54,960 nucleotides of DNA. Source: Pseudomonadota bacterium (GTDB lineage Bacteria > Desulfobacterota > S145-22). The notes beneath the pieces are model-generated. The model had not been told where the DNA came from. It did no database searches and was given only the letters and a program-made list of their open reading frames with translations. Below, piece by piece: positions 19,994 to 30,256 of this stretch. The stretch covers positions 1-54,960 of the forward strand of contig WGDA01000065.1 in assembly GCA_015493505.1 (NCBI GenBank). The letters run 5' to 3'. Each line of letters opens with the position of its first letter. The first letter of the stretch is position 1. A program made the translations under genes and the position numbers.

Positions 19994-20518
19994 ATGCCGC
20001 CGACCCTGATCGTTGACGGTTACAATCTCATTCGCGCGTCACCGGTCTTGTCGCGTATCGACCAGGAGAACCTTGAGGAGGGACGGGAAGCCCTTATCTC
20101 TCGGCTCGCGGATTACCGGAAAGTTCGACATTTCCCCGTCATAGTCGTGTTTGACGGGACCGGGTTTTACCACCTGTCCACTGAGAAAGAGACGCGGATG
20201 GGCATCAAAATCCTCTACTCCCCGGCAGGGCGTACGGCTGATGAGCTGATTGTCTCTCTCGCGAGGCAGAAGGGGAGGGAGTATGTTGTCGTGACCTCGG
20301 ACCACGGGATCTGGGATCGACTGAAAGACACGAATTGCGTGTGCGTGGACTCGAAAACCTTCGACTCAAAAATCGACAACGCCCTGTACGAACTTTTCAA
20401 AGGGACAAGCCTGGAGGAGGAAGAGGGAGAGGCTTTGCTACCCTCACGCGCGAGAGGAAAGCGCAGGAAGCTGCCCAAGAAACTGCGCCGGCAGAGAGAT
20501 ATTTTGAGGAGGCTGTAA
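19994..20518 (+). CDS. NYN-domain (YacP/Rae1-like) putative RNase
   Basis: LIVDGYNL, VVFDG, TADELI, VVTSD acidic PIN-like motifs; basic C-terminal tail. Confidence 0.85.
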   Translation: MPPTLIVDGYNLIRASPVLSRIDQENLEEGREALISRLADYRKVRHFPVIVVFDGTGFYHLSTEKETRMGIKILYSPAGRTADELIVSLARQKGREYVVVTSDHGIWDRLKDTNCVCVDSKTFDSKIDNALYELFKGTSLEEEEGEALLPSRARGKRRKLPKKLRRQRDILRRL

Positions 20519-20554
20519 AACCCGAGAGGGTGATAGGAAAGGGGATAAAGCCGG

Positions 20555-21673
20555 TCACGTTTTGAAATCATGAGAGGGGAGGGGGGCCTTCAACACCATG
20601 GGCAGTGTAATGGTGATGGTGGTCCCTTTTCCCTCTTCGCTTTGGATATCCACACGCCCCTGAAGATCCCGGATGTGCTGATATACCAGGGTGAGCCCCA
20701 GGCCGATCCGGTAGGGCTTGGTTGTATAAAAGGGATCCATGACCTTTCCTAATTCTTCCGGTGGAATACCAATCCCGTTGTCACGAACCTTCATCCATAA
20801 AATGCCTTCCTCCACATCCATCCCCGCTTCCACGCTTATCGTCCCCTTCCGGCCTTCCGGAATCGCCTCAATGGCATTTTCAAAGAGATTTTCAAACACA
20901 CTTTTCACCCCCTGCCGGCTGGCGCGTATGAGGGGAATTTCGTCATTTTTTGGGACCGTGATATTTATATCTTTCCCCGGCATGGAATCAATAACCGCTT
21001 TGAACTGTTCGGCTGTTTCCTGAAGGATCGCGATCAAGTCCACAAATTCATAGGATTCTTTAGCGGGAGTTTCGAACTCTGTTATCTGATTGACAATTCT
21101 TTCAAGTCGGTTGACCTCCTTGATGATTCTTCCTACATAATCCTGGCATAATGGGTCGTGAGGGTGTTTCTTCTTGATTCGGTAAGCGAATCCCCCGATG
21201 ACAGTCAAGGGGTTTCTGAATTCATGGGCGATCCTGTCAGCGAGCCGGCCAAGGGCCGCGAACTTTTCGCTTTCAAGAAGTCTGAGTTGTAACTCCCGGA
21301 TGCTGAGAAGGGAATAAACCGATGCGTAAAGCTCTTCCACGGGCGAAAAGCGGGAGACATAAGCGTCAGCGGCCAGTCCAAACGCCTCAAGTTTTTCCAC
21401 CTTCTTGTTTTTCCCATCCAGAACCAGGATCAGAATACTTTGAGTTTCAATTTGTCCTTTTAATATCTTGCAAATTTCGTGAGGGTCAATATCGGGAGGT
21501 GAATCGTAGAGAATCAACAAGTCGGGTCGCTTAAGGCTTGTCTGGTAAATGATCTCTGCCGAGCCACCTTTTATCAGATAGGGAGAAAATCCCTTGTCTA
21601 TCAGATACTTATAGAAATGTTCAGATTCGATGGAATGATCGTGTGCAAAAAGAATATTTTTTCTTTGAATCAT
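20555..21673 (-). CDS. Histidine kinase with degenerate N-terminal receiver domain
   Basis: AHEFRNPL, NLFENAIEA, DNGIGI, FYTTK, GLGL; N-terminus only loosely REC-like. Confidence 0.88.
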   Translation of the reverse strand: MIQRKNILFAHDHSIESEHFYKYLIDKGFSPYLIKGGSAEIIYQTSLKRPDLLILYDSPPDIDPHEICKILKGQIETQSILILVLDGKNKKVEKLEAFGLAADAYVSRFSPVEELYASVYSLLSIRELQLRLLESEKFAALGRLADRIAHEFRNPLTVIGGFAYRIKKKHPHDPLCQDYVGRIIKEVNRLERIVNQITEFETPAKESYEFVDLIAILQETAEQFKAVIDSMPGKDINITVPKNDEIPLIRASRQGVKSVFENLFENAIEAIPEGRKGTISVEAGMDVEEGILWMKVRDNGIGIPPEELGKVMDPFYTTKPYRIGLGLTLVYQHIRDLQGRVDIQSEEGKGTTITITLPMVLKAPLPSHDFKT

Positions 21674-21842
21674 TGATGTTTTATGTTCTCCCTTGCAGCG
21701 TAACCAGATTTTTTCTAACATCTTTGTGAGGGAAAGGCAAAAGGTGCTTACTCTTGAGAACTTTATTTCAAAAGTGGACTTGCAGTTTTAACACCCATAG
21801 GATAAAACCGGATGGGATTCGGAAGGAAAGGTTTAGATTATC

Positions 21843-22391
21843 GTGAATCAACCGATAAAAATAGAATGGGAAGAGGTCCGATTGCCAAAACTTGGCGTGA
21901 TCGTTGCCTTCACGACAGAAAAGGGGGTATGTGCCATTAATTTTGGTGAGAAAGTTGAAGACGTGATTCGGGATCTTCAAGTAAAATATGGCCGGTCACT
22001 GAAAGCGGTCAGAGGGATCACAACGCACGGATCCGTTTTGGCCTCACTTCGCGAATATGTCATGGGATGGCGCACAACTTTTGATATTCCTTTGCATTTC
22101 CTATATGGAACGTTATTTCAAAAGAGTGTGTGGGAGATTCTTCGGAAAATTCCTTACGGCACATGTGTCAGTTATCAATGGGTGGCTCGAAAGGCCGGCA
22201 AGCCAACCGCTGCCCGCGCCGTGGGGAACGCCGTCGGGAAAAATCCAATCCCGATCATTGTTCCCTGCCACCGGGTGATTCGCCGGGACGGGAGCCTTGG
22301 GGGATTTTCCGCTGGGGTATCTTTCAAAAAGACCCTGCTGGAAATAGAGGGATGCGAGATAAAACGGAGACGAGAACGTGAGTTCGGTTAA
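21843..22391 (+). CDS. ogt: Methylated-DNA--protein-cysteine methyltransferase
   Basis: GTLFQKSVW, IPYG, ARAVGNA, active-site PCHRVI, KKTLLEIE. Confidence 0.93.
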   Translation: MNQPIKIEWEEVRLPKLGVIVAFTTEKGVCAINFGEKVEDVIRDLQVKYGRSLKAVRGITTHGSVLASLREYVMGWRTTFDIPLHFLYGTLFQKSVWEILRKIPYGTCVSYQWVARKAGKPTAARAVGNAVGKNPIPIIVPCHRVIRRDGSLGGFSAGVSFKKTLLEIEGCEIKRRREREFG

Positions 22392-24396
22392 AGAACGGCT
22401 CAATCAGCTTCTTAAAGAGGAGACGGAAGCTCCCACGCTCCCGGAGGTTGGAATCCGCGCCATGCAGATCGCGCTGGACGACAGCCTCGCGCAAAAGAAA
22501 CTGGTGCAGCTCATTATGCGTTATCCCGATATCGCCGCGCGGGTTGTGCGTCTTGCCAATTCACCGCTGTTTGGCCTTTCCGGCCGTATCTCGTCCGTGG
22601 AGCGCGCTGTCAATCTGCTGGGGATCGCCCCCATTCGCAGCCTCGTTCTCAGCCTGTCTGTTATCAGGGCGATGGATAAAAAGAGAAAGCAGATCATGGC
22701 GCCGCTTTACAGGCGAATTCAAGACAATTCTTTCGCGTGTGGCATTGCCGCCCGCCTCATCGCGAAAACTACTGGATATAAACGGTCGGATGAAGCCTTT
22801 CTGACAGGGCTCCTTTACCATATCGGGTATTTTTTTATTCTTTCACAAATTCAGGAGGAGGATCATTTTAGATTAATCGCGTCTCATCTCTCAAATCCGT
22901 TTGCCCCTGAACTGGAGAAAAAAGAAAGGGAGGTTTTTGGGTTTTCGCACGCGGAATTTGGGGGTCTGATCGCCACAAGATGGTTTTTGCCTCAGCATAT
23001 CGTGACGTCTATTCAGAATCATCATGAGGACATAAAGAAAGTCTCGCTGAATGAAAGGGCCGAGACACTGACCAGCATGATTCAGGGATCTATTCTGCTG
23101 AACACCATCTTCGACCAGGGTGAAAGAGATGGGGACAGCCAAAAGCTTGCCGCTTTCCTTGAAGAGACCCTGGGAATACCGACAGACGCTTGTGATAACG
23201 TCCTGCTTGAATTCAGCCAGCGCCTGTCTGAGGAAAGCAGTTTGTTTAAGCTTCCGGTGAAGCCCCGCAAAAGCTACCTGAACGTGCTTCGCGAAAGCAA
23301 TCAGAAACTTTATGAAATTAGCCTCGACTATATTAAAGTCCTGGAAGAAAAGAAGAAGCTTGACAGGGAGAACGAAGAAACTGCCAGGATTCTTAAGGCC
23401 CTTTTCGATCATTCCCCCGATATCATCGTGGTTCTGGACAGGCTAGGGAAACCCGTCATGATCAACCAGGCCATGGAACGCCTCACGGGGATTCCCGTGG
23501 AGGAGTTCATGTCGGGGCGGCAGTCACTGTTGAGGTACTATCCCACAGCCAGAGAGGTCATGCGGGTTCTCAGGAGTGACCAGTATGGCCCCCCGGGATT
23601 GATCAGCGATTACGAGACGTATGTGCTGGATTACAAAAAGAGAAAAATACTGGTAAGCTTTTCCGGTGCGCTGCTTGAAGAGGATGGAAAGGTAAAAATG
23701 ACCATCGGGTTTGTCCGGGATATCCGAAAGCGGAAGGCGCTGGAACTGGAGCTGGTGAATTCAAAACGCTATCTCGACCTTATCTTCAACACCATGGCTG
23801 ACGGGATTCGGGTGATCGATCAGACGATGACCATCATCTTTGAGAATGAAAGGATGAAAGAGATGCTGGGCCATGGGGTCGGAAAAAAGTGCTATCAGAC
23901 GCATTTTCAGGGGCAGGTGGGAAGAGAGGGGCCATGTGAGGATTGCCCCGCGTTTCCCGTGAAGAAAGGCGGGGTCTTTTCGAAGGAGATTTCAGATGCC
24001 AGGGGAAGGACTTACATGGTTTCCTCAACTGTTCTTGACATGCACGGGGAGCCCCCCGCCGTTTTACAGGTTATCCGGGATATTTCTCCCTTGAAGGAAG
24101 CCCAGAGGCTGGCTATCGATCAGCACAAGCTCAAGGGGATTATGGAACTGGCTGGGGCCATGGCGCACGAGTTGAACCAGCCTTTGACCTCCATTTCCAT
24201 GGGGCTTGAAATCATTTCCCGTCAGACGCAGAACCGCCGCCCAATCCCCCCAGAGGCGATTCGGGATACCATGCAGAGCGTGGAGAAAATGAGCGCGATT
24301 ATCAAGAAGCTTTCAGAGATTACGCAATATGAGACCCGGGATTACGTTGAGGCCATGAAGATTCTGGATATCGACGGGTCGAGCAGAAAGTCCTGA
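22378..24396 (+). CDS. HDOD-PAS-PAS protein ending in a HisKA-like helix pair without ATPase domain
   Basis: RLANSPLF, AVNLLG, GLLYHIG, HAEFG, HH (HDOD); PAS domains; AHELNQPL; ends about 70 aa later with no N/G1/F/G2 boxes. Confidence 0.85.
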   Translation: MSSVKERLNQLLKEETEAPTLPEVGIRAMQIALDDSLAQKKLVQLIMRYPDIAARVVRLANSPLFGLSGRISSVERAVNLLGIAPIRSLVLSLSVIRAMDKKRKQIMAPLYRRIQDNSFACGIAARLIAKTTGYKRSDEAFLTGLLYHIGYFFILSQIQEEDHFRLIASHLSNPFAPELEKKEREVFGFSHAEFGGLIATRWFLPQHIVTSIQNHHEDIKKVSLNERAETLTSMIQGSILLNTIFDQGERDGDSQKLAAFLEETLGIPTDACDNVLLEFSQRLSEESSLFKLPVKPRKSYLNVLRESNQKLYEISLDYIKVLEEKKKLDRENEETARILKALFDHSPDIIVVLDRLGKPVMINQAMERLTGIPVEEFMSGRQSLLRYYPTAREVMRVLRSDQYGPPGLISDYETYVLDYKKRKILVSFSGALLEEDGKVKMTIGFVRDIRKRKALELELVNSKRYLDLIFNTMADGIRVIDQTMTIIFENERMKEMLGHGVGKKCYQTHFQGQVGREGPCEDCPAFPVKKGGVFSKEISDARGRTYMVSSTVLDMHGEPPAVLQVIRDISPLKEAQRLAIDQHKLKGIMELAGAMAHELNQPLTSISMGLEIISRQTQNRRPIPPEAIRDTMQSVEKMSAIIKKLSEITQYETRDYVEAMKILDIDGSSRKS

Positions 24397-24397
24397 C

Positions 24398-25645
24398 ATG
24401 GGTGACAGCCGGCGCACCGAATTCTTCCAGGTCAAGACGCGCGAAGAGGTCGAAAAGATTATCGATGAGGCCCTCTCACCTCTGACGGGAGAAGAGGTTC
24501 CTCTGACACGTGCACTGGATCGGGTGTCGTACGCTGAACTTGTTTCGTCAACGACCTTACCTCCTTTTTCCCGCTCAACAGTGGACGGATTCGCCGTCCG
24601 AAGCAAAGACACCTTTGGGGCCTCCGAAGGGTTCCCGGCTCTTCTCACGGTTGCCGGGAAAATTGCCATTGGAACACTGCCTGAGATTTCCATCAGGCCG
24701 GGAGAGGCCATGGCGATTCCCACGGGGGGGGCACTGCCGGAAGGCGCGGACGCCGTCGTGATGGTGGAACACACGGAATCTCCGGACCCCGCCATGGTAG
24801 AAGTGTATCGCCCTGTTTCCCCACTTGAAAACGTTGTTCAGGCAGGGGAAGATGTCCCGAAGGGGAGGGCGGTCCTGGCCAAGGGCCAGAGGATCCGTCC
24901 GCAGGAGATGGGCCTTTTGAGCGCCCTGGGGATTACGCGGGTGAAGGTCACGAGGAAGCCGGTGGTGGGAATCATCTCAACCGGGAATGAGATTGTTCCA
25001 CCCGAAACTTCTCCGCGCCCCGGACAGATCAGGGACGTCAACCGGTTCACCCTGACCGGTCTGGTGGCCAGTCATGGCGGGGATCCCCGGTTCATCGGCC
25101 TCGTCCCTGACACGGAATCCCTGTTGAAAGAGGCGTGTGATAGGGGGCTGGCAACCTGTGACATGCTGCTCCTTTCCGGGGGCAGCTCGGTCGGGGTGCG
25201 GGATCTAACCCTGAAGGTCCTCGAGACGTATTCAGATTTCAGACTGCTGGTTCACGGCGTCTCCATCAGTCCGGGGAAACCAACCATCCTGGCGTCCGTG
25301 AAGGGGAAAATGGTTTTCGGATTGCCCGGCCACCCGGTTTCCGCGTGGGTTGTCGCGCAGCTCCTCGTGACGCGCGCGATGGACGCCCTTTTGGGAGCGA
25401 CTGAGAACCGATCTCTTCAGTGGGACCGCGCCCTCGTGGAAGGGAATATCCCTTCCGCCCAGGGGCGGGAAGATTTCGTGCGGGCCAGGGTTACCGGTAT
25501 GGGGCGGGAAAGAACGGCTGTCCCGATTTTCAGCAAATCCGGCGTTATTTCTTCTCTGGTTGAAGCCAATGCCCTGATTCGTATTCCATTAAACTCGGAA
25601 GGGGTTTACAAAGGTCAGGAAGTGGATATATTAAACCTGACATGA
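24398..25645 (+). CDS. moeA: Molybdopterin molybdotransferase MoeA
   Basis: STVDGFAV, IPTGGALP, GADAVVMVE, STGNE, SGGSSVG, PGKP, GLPGHP. Confidence 0.94.
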   Translation: MGDSRRTEFFQVKTREEVEKIIDEALSPLTGEEVPLTRALDRVSYAELVSSTTLPPFSRSTVDGFAVRSKDTFGASEGFPALLTVAGKIAIGTLPEISIRPGEAMAIPTGGALPEGADAVVMVEHTESPDPAMVEVYRPVSPLENVVQAGEDVPKGRAVLAKGQRIRPQEMGLLSALGITRVKVTRKPVVGIISTGNEIVPPETSPRPGQIRDVNRFTLTGLVASHGGDPRFIGLVPDTESLLKEACDRGLATCDMLLLSGGSSVGVRDLTLKVLETYSDFRLLVHGVSISPGKPTILASVKGKMVFGLPGHPVSAWVVAQLLVTRAMDALLGATENRSLQWDRALVEGNIPSAQGREDFVRARVTGMGRERTAVPIFSKSGVISSLVEANALIRIPLNSEGVYKGQEVDILNLT

Positions 25646-27552
25646 AACGTTCCATCTACCTGACCTTGACGCCGCCCGAAACGGCGAGGCAAAAAATCCT
25701 TTCCACCCTGCCTACCTTGGCAATTCCAAGGGAAGAAGAAGTGGAAACTATCCACGCGGGTGGAAGAATTGCCGCGCGTGCGGTTTACGCCCGGCGTTCC
25801 ATCCCTCATTACGCCGCCGCGGCCATGGATGGCGTCGCGGTGCAGGCGGGGGAAACCTTTGGTGCCTCCGAGTTTTCGCCCAAACTGCTTGAAATTGGCC
25901 GGACCGCTTTCTGGGTCAACACGGGGATGCCCATGCCGGAGGGAACCAACGCCGTCATTATGGTAGAGCAGTTGGAAGAGAAACAGCCCGGCGTCATTGA
26001 AATCCGCCAGGCCGCCCATCCCTGGCAACATGTCCGCCCGGTAGGTGAGGATATTGTTCGCGGGGATATTCTCTTGCTCCCCGGAGAAGAGATTCAACCC
26101 GTTCATGTGGGTGTTTTGCTGAATGGAGGGATTTTTTCCGTTGCCGTCAAGCCGAGGCCCGTTGTGGCTATTCTTCCAACCGGATCTGAGCTGGTGCCTC
26201 CCGAAGGGACCCCCAAGCCTGGACAGGTCATTGAATCCAACAGTGCGATGATGGCCGCTTATGTGACGCGGGATGGCGGAATCCCCAGGATTCTGCCCCC
26301 CTGCGCGGACGAAGAGCAGATCCTGAGGCAAAACATTCAGGCCGCCCTGAAGTCGGCTGATGTCCTCTTTGTCCTGTCAGGCTCTTCAGCGGGCTCGAAG
26401 GACTTCACGCGGGGGGTTCTGGAGGGGCTTGGGACAGTCCACATCCATGGGATCGCCATGATGCCGGGCAAGCCCGCCCTCTACGCCACCCTCTTCGACA
26501 AGCCGGTTTTCGGAATCCCCGGCTATCCCACCTCGGCGGCGCTCTTTTACGAAGAGATGGTATCCCCCTTCATGGCGGCGATTACGGGAAAGCCTGTTCC
26601 TTCTTCCGAGACCCTTTTGGCGGAAGTAATCCGGAAAATCCCTTCCAAACTGGGGCAGGAGGAGCTGATCCGCGTGCGGCTGGGAAAGATTGGGGACCGA
26701 TGGATCGCCATCCCGTTGCCCAGGGGGGCGGGTGTCTTGCATAGCTTGAGTGAGGCGGACGGGGTACTTCGAATCCCAGAGGATTCCGAAGGGGTTTCGG
26801 AACGATCTCCTGTTTCTGTACAGGTTCGACGTTCGAAAAAGGACATAGAGGGCACCCTCCTTTTTGTCGGAAGCCATGACCTGAGCCTGGATCGCGCCAA
26901 CGAACTGCTGGCACAGCGGAAGACCGGTGTGACTCTGGCAATCGGCGCCATAGGAAGCCTGGGAGGGGTGTTCGCGCTGAAAAGCGGTCGAACGCATCTG
27001 ACCGCCATCCACCTGCTGGATCCTGAAACCAAGACCTATAACCTGCCATATATCCGAAAATACCTTCCCAATCGACGTGTCCGGCTGATCCACCTCCTCA
27101 CGCGCACGCAGGGCCTCATGGTACGCAAAGGAAACCCAAAGAGGATTACCTCCATTAGAGATTTGTACCGTGAGGATGTGCAGTTTGTGAATCGACAGCG
27201 CGGGGCGGGCACCCGGGTTCTGCTCGACGTCCTCCTGAAGGAAGAAGGCATCTCGCCGGATGCTGTGACTGGCTACGCCAATGAGGTTGCCACGCACACC
27301 ATGGTGGCGGCGGAGATCAGGGGCGGGATGGCTGATTGTGGTATGGGGATCGAGGCGGCGGCCCGGGCATTGGAACTTGATTTTATTCCCCTCGCCAAAG
27401 AGCCCTATGACCTGGTGATTCCGGAGGAACTGATGGACGACTGGCGGGTGCGGGAACTTTTGACGGTTATTCGCTCTGACGAGTTCAGAAACATGGTGAG
27501 CGCGCTCGGAGGGTACGACCCTTCTGAAAGCGGAAACGAGATACCGGTATGA
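25642..27552 (+). CDS. MoeA fused to a C-terminal periplasmic-binding-protein-like (PBP) domain
   Basis: AAMDGVAV, PTGSEL, PGKP, PGYP followed by GSHD, GSLGG, NRQRGAGTR, EPYDL. Confidence 0.9.
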   Translation: MKRSIYLTLTPPETARQKILSTLPTLAIPREEEVETIHAGGRIAARAVYARRSIPHYAAAAMDGVAVQAGETFGASEFSPKLLEIGRTAFWVNTGMPMPEGTNAVIMVEQLEEKQPGVIEIRQAAHPWQHVRPVGEDIVRGDILLLPGEEIQPVHVGVLLNGGIFSVAVKPRPVVAILPTGSELVPPEGTPKPGQVIESNSAMMAAYVTRDGGIPRILPPCADEEQILRQNIQAALKSADVLFVLSGSSAGSKDFTRGVLEGLGTVHIHGIAMMPGKPALYATLFDKPVFGIPGYPTSAALFYEEMVSPFMAAITGKPVPSSETLLAEVIRKIPSKLGQEELIRVRLGKIGDRWIAIPLPRGAGVLHSLSEADGVLRIPEDSEGVSERSPVSVQVRRSKKDIEGTLLFVGSHDLSLDRANELLAQRKTGVTLAIGAIGSLGGVFALKSGRTHLTAIHLLDPETKTYNLPYIRKYLPNRRVRLIHLLTRTQGLMVRKGNPKRITSIRDLYREDVQFVNRQRGAGTRVLLDVLLKEEGISPDAVTGYANEVATHTMVAAEIRGGMADCGMGIEAAARALELDFIPLAKEPYDLVIPEELMDDWRVRELLTVIRSDEFRNMVSALGGYDPSESGNEIPV

Positions 27553-28532
27553 AAAAGGTGCTGACAGATTCACACCATCGAACCATCGATTACCTGAGAA
27601 TCTCCATCACGGATCATTGTAACCTGAGATGCGTGTATTGCGTCACGGACACGGTCAAATGGGTCCCTCATGAGGAAATCCTGAGGTTTGAAGAGATTGC
27701 CCGCATCGTGCGTGTTTTCGTGGATGAAGGTATCCGAAAGATTCGGATCACGGGGGGCGAACCGCTCATGCGCCATGGGTTGCCCGAGTTTATCGCGCAG
27801 ATATCCCATCTCGACGGGCTCGAGGACCTGAGCCTTACCACCAACGGGGTCTTTCTCCAGCAGATGGCGGGGAAGCTGAGACAGGCGGGGTTGACCCGCA
27901 TCAATGTCAGCCTGGATACCCTGCATCCTGAGCGGTACGCCCGCATCACGGGGTGGGATTTGTTCCACCAGGTATGGGCGGGTATTCAGGAAGCCCGCCG
28001 AGTCGGGCTGTCGCCCGTGAAGATCAACGTGGTGGCCATGATGGGGTACAACGAGGATGAAATCCTCGATTTCGCGCGATTGACGTTGGAAGAACCGTAC
28101 GTGGTCCGTTTTATTGAGTATATGCCGGTGAATGAAAAATGGAACGACGACAATTTCTTGAGTGTGGATAGAATCAGGGAAAAGATTGCCGTCACGTATT
28201 CGCTCGTCCCCATCAACGGGACACGGAACAATGGTCCGGCGAGGGTGTTTCAGATTCCCGGCGCCAAAGGGGAGATCGGGCTGATCAGCCCCCTGAGCAA
28301 CCACTTCTGCGGCACCTGTAACCGCCTGCGGCTGACGGCGGATGGCCATCTACGGCCCTGCCTCTTTTCCGACACGGAGATCGACCTGAAAACGCCCCTG
28401 AGAAATGGGGGAGGGGAGGCCGCCCTGCGGGATTTGCTCAGGGAGACCCTCCGCCTGAAACCGGAGCGCCATCATTTGCAGAATATTTCCGCCCCGAAAT
28501 GTCATCGGGGCATGTGGAGTATCGGGGGATAG
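27549..28532 (+). CDS. moaA: GTP 3',8-cyclase MoaA
   Basis: YLRISITDHCNLRCVYC, TGGEP, FCGTCNRLR, C-terminal IGG. Confidence 0.96.
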   Translation: MKKVLTDSHHRTIDYLRISITDHCNLRCVYCVTDTVKWVPHEEILRFEEIARIVRVFVDEGIRKIRITGGEPLMRHGLPEFIAQISHLDGLEDLSLTTNGVFLQQMAGKLRQAGLTRINVSLDTLHPERYARITGWDLFHQVWAGIQEARRVGLSPVKINVVAMMGYNEDEILDFARLTLEEPYVVRFIEYMPVNEKWNDDNFLSVDRIREKIAVTYSLVPINGTRNNGPARVFQIPGAKGEIGLISPLSNHFCGTCNRLRLTADGHLRPCLFSDTEIDLKTPLRNGGGEAALRDLLRETLRLKPERHHLQNISAPKCHRGMWSIGG

Positions 28533-28535
28533 AAT

Positions 28536-29033
28536 ATGGAGAAAGAAAAAGGGAAGGAAAAATTGACCCACCTGACGCCGGCGGGAGAGGCCATCATGGT
28601 GGATGTTTCCGGAAAGAAGGAAACCGTTCGGATCGCTATTGCCCGGGGCCGCATTCGCATGAAACCTGAAACGTTCCGCCTGATTCAGCAGGGCCAGATG
28701 AAAAAGGGTGATGTCTTGGGAACCGCGCGAATCGCCGGGATCATGGCGGCAAAGCAGACGCCGCGCCTGATTCCCCTCTGTCATCCTATCCCCATCAGCA
28801 AAATCTCCGTGGACTTTACCATGGACGCGGAGGACGGAACCATTACGGCCACGTCTGAGGTGAAAAACAGGGGCGTCACCGGGGTGGAGATGGAGGCGCT
28901 GGTTGCCGTGTCGGTGAGCCTTTTGACCATCTACGACATGGGAAAAGCGGTGGACAGAGGTATGACCATTGAAGATATTCACCTAATTAAAAAAAGCGGC
29001 GGAAAGAGCGGTTTGTACATTTCGGAAGAATAA
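28536..29033 (+). CDS. moaC: Cyclic pyranopterin monophosphate synthase MoaC
   Basis: [36 protein letters not shown]. Confidence 0.96.
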   Translation: MEKEKGKEKLTHLTPAGEAIMVDVSGKKETVRIAIARGRIRMKPETFRLIQQGQMKKGDVLGTARIAGIMAAKQTPRLIPLCHPIPISKISVDFTMDAEDGTITATSEVKNRGVTGVEMEALVAVSVSLLTIYDMGKAVDRGMTIEDIHLIKKSGGKSGLYISEE

Positions 29034-29051
29034 AGGAAGGGGTATTGTTCA

Positions 29052-29990
29052 GTGCATGGTCATCTGATTTCAGTTAATCTCGGGAAAATCAGGGGGGTGC
29101 CGAAACACCCTGTTCAGGAAGGAACCCTGACTCCGGATTGGGGGCTGGTGGGAGACGCGCATGGAGGGGACTGGGATCAACAGATCAGTCTTTTCCCCGT
29201 CGAAACCCTGGCGCTTGTGCCCAAATCCATCCGGGCGGGGTTTGAGGAAAACAGCTTTTCAGAGAACCTTACGATCGAGGGGATCCCGCCGGAAAAGTTG
29301 CGCCCCGGAACCATTCTGAGCGTGGGAAGCGCCGACATCAAAATATTGAAAATAGGCAAGGTTTCCTTCGAACCCCCGGAGAGCGGACGTCCCTACATTG
29401 TCAGTCGGGAGGGGCGTTTCGGACGGGTTTTGAAAGGGGGGATCGTGAAACCGGGTGACCGGGTCAAGGTTCTGGAGGAAGGAAGAACGGAACCGGATGC
29501 CCCGAAACTGTTTTTGGTGACCCTCAGCGACAAGGGGTCAAAGGGAGAGCGCGAAGATATCAGTGGCCGGTTTCTGAGCTGGTACGCCACGCGATTGGGG
29601 GCTGCCATCCTTTCCTCCGTGATAATCCCGGATGAGAAGGCGCTTATCAAGGAAACGCTCATGAAGGGTGTCCGGGCGGGGGCGGACCTTATCCTGACCA
29701 CAGGTGGAACGGGTCTGGCGCCCAGAGACGTGACGCCGGAGGCGACACTTGAGGTGATCGATCGGGAGGTACCTGGATTTGCCGAGGCTATGCGGGCGGA
29801 AAGCCTGAAGATTACCCCCCACGCCATGGCCTCCAGGGCGGTGAGCGGGATTGCCGGCAGGACCCTGATTATCAACCTGCCAGGGAGTCCCAAGGCGGTG
29901 GCCGAGTGCATGGAGGTTATTTTTCCGGCCCTCCGGCACGCCATCGAAAAGCTTCGTGGCGATCCCACGGAATGTGCCACGGAGCTCTGA
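29052..29990 (+). CDS. MOSC domain - MogA/MoaB molybdopterin adenylyltransferase fusion
   Basis: N-terminal GLVGDAH, ENLTIEG (MOSC); C-terminal TLSD, TTGGTGLAPRDVTPEA, NLPGSP. Confidence 0.88.
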   Translation: MHGHLISVNLGKIRGVPKHPVQEGTLTPDWGLVGDAHGGDWDQQISLFPVETLALVPKSIRAGFEENSFSENLTIEGIPPEKLRPGTILSVGSADIKILKIGKVSFEPPESGRPYIVSREGRFGRVLKGGIVKPGDRVKVLEEGRTEPDAPKLFLVTLSDKGSKGEREDISGRFLSWYATRLGAAILSSVIIPDEKALIKETLMKGVRAGADLILTTGGTGLAPRDVTPEATLEVIDREVPGFAEAMRAESLKITPHAMASRAVSGIAGRTLIINLPGSPKAVAECMEVIFPALRHAIEKLRGDPTECATEL

Positions 29991-30085
29991 CGGGCTGGAT
30001 AGTCACATGAACCGTGATTCGTGGTAGGATGACCCCTGACGAGCAGCCGCGAAAGACTTCATGCCATGGATGAATTAAATTTTGA

Positions 30086-30113
30086 TTGACTTTTTCAGGT
30101 TTGGTGCTACGAT
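30086..30113 (+). promoter_or_regulatory. Sigma70 promoter of ccsB
   Basis: TTGACT-N16-TACGAT with extended -10 TG; implies a leader of roughly 135 nt. Confidence 0.5.
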
Positions 30114-30256
30114 AGATTTAGCTTGCTGTAAAAAGTTATGAATAGGAAAAAGGTAAAACACCCGGAAGGTGGTGGCGGACGAAACGGACGCGCCACTTTC
30201 GGATTGCGCGCGGAGCTTGACTCTTCGAGCCGGATTTGTGGAGAAAGGAAGGACAT

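Noticed and set aside
21892-21907. Sigma54-like TTGGCGTGATCGTTGC
   Set aside because: Lies inside the ogt coding sequence; the ATG downstream of it is out of frame. Probably chance.
30150-30210. c-di-GMP-I (GEMM) riboswitch-like GGTAAAAC...GGAA in the ccsB leader
   Set aside because: The GNRA loop, receptor and P3 consensus do not fit; kept only as an unassigned structured leader.
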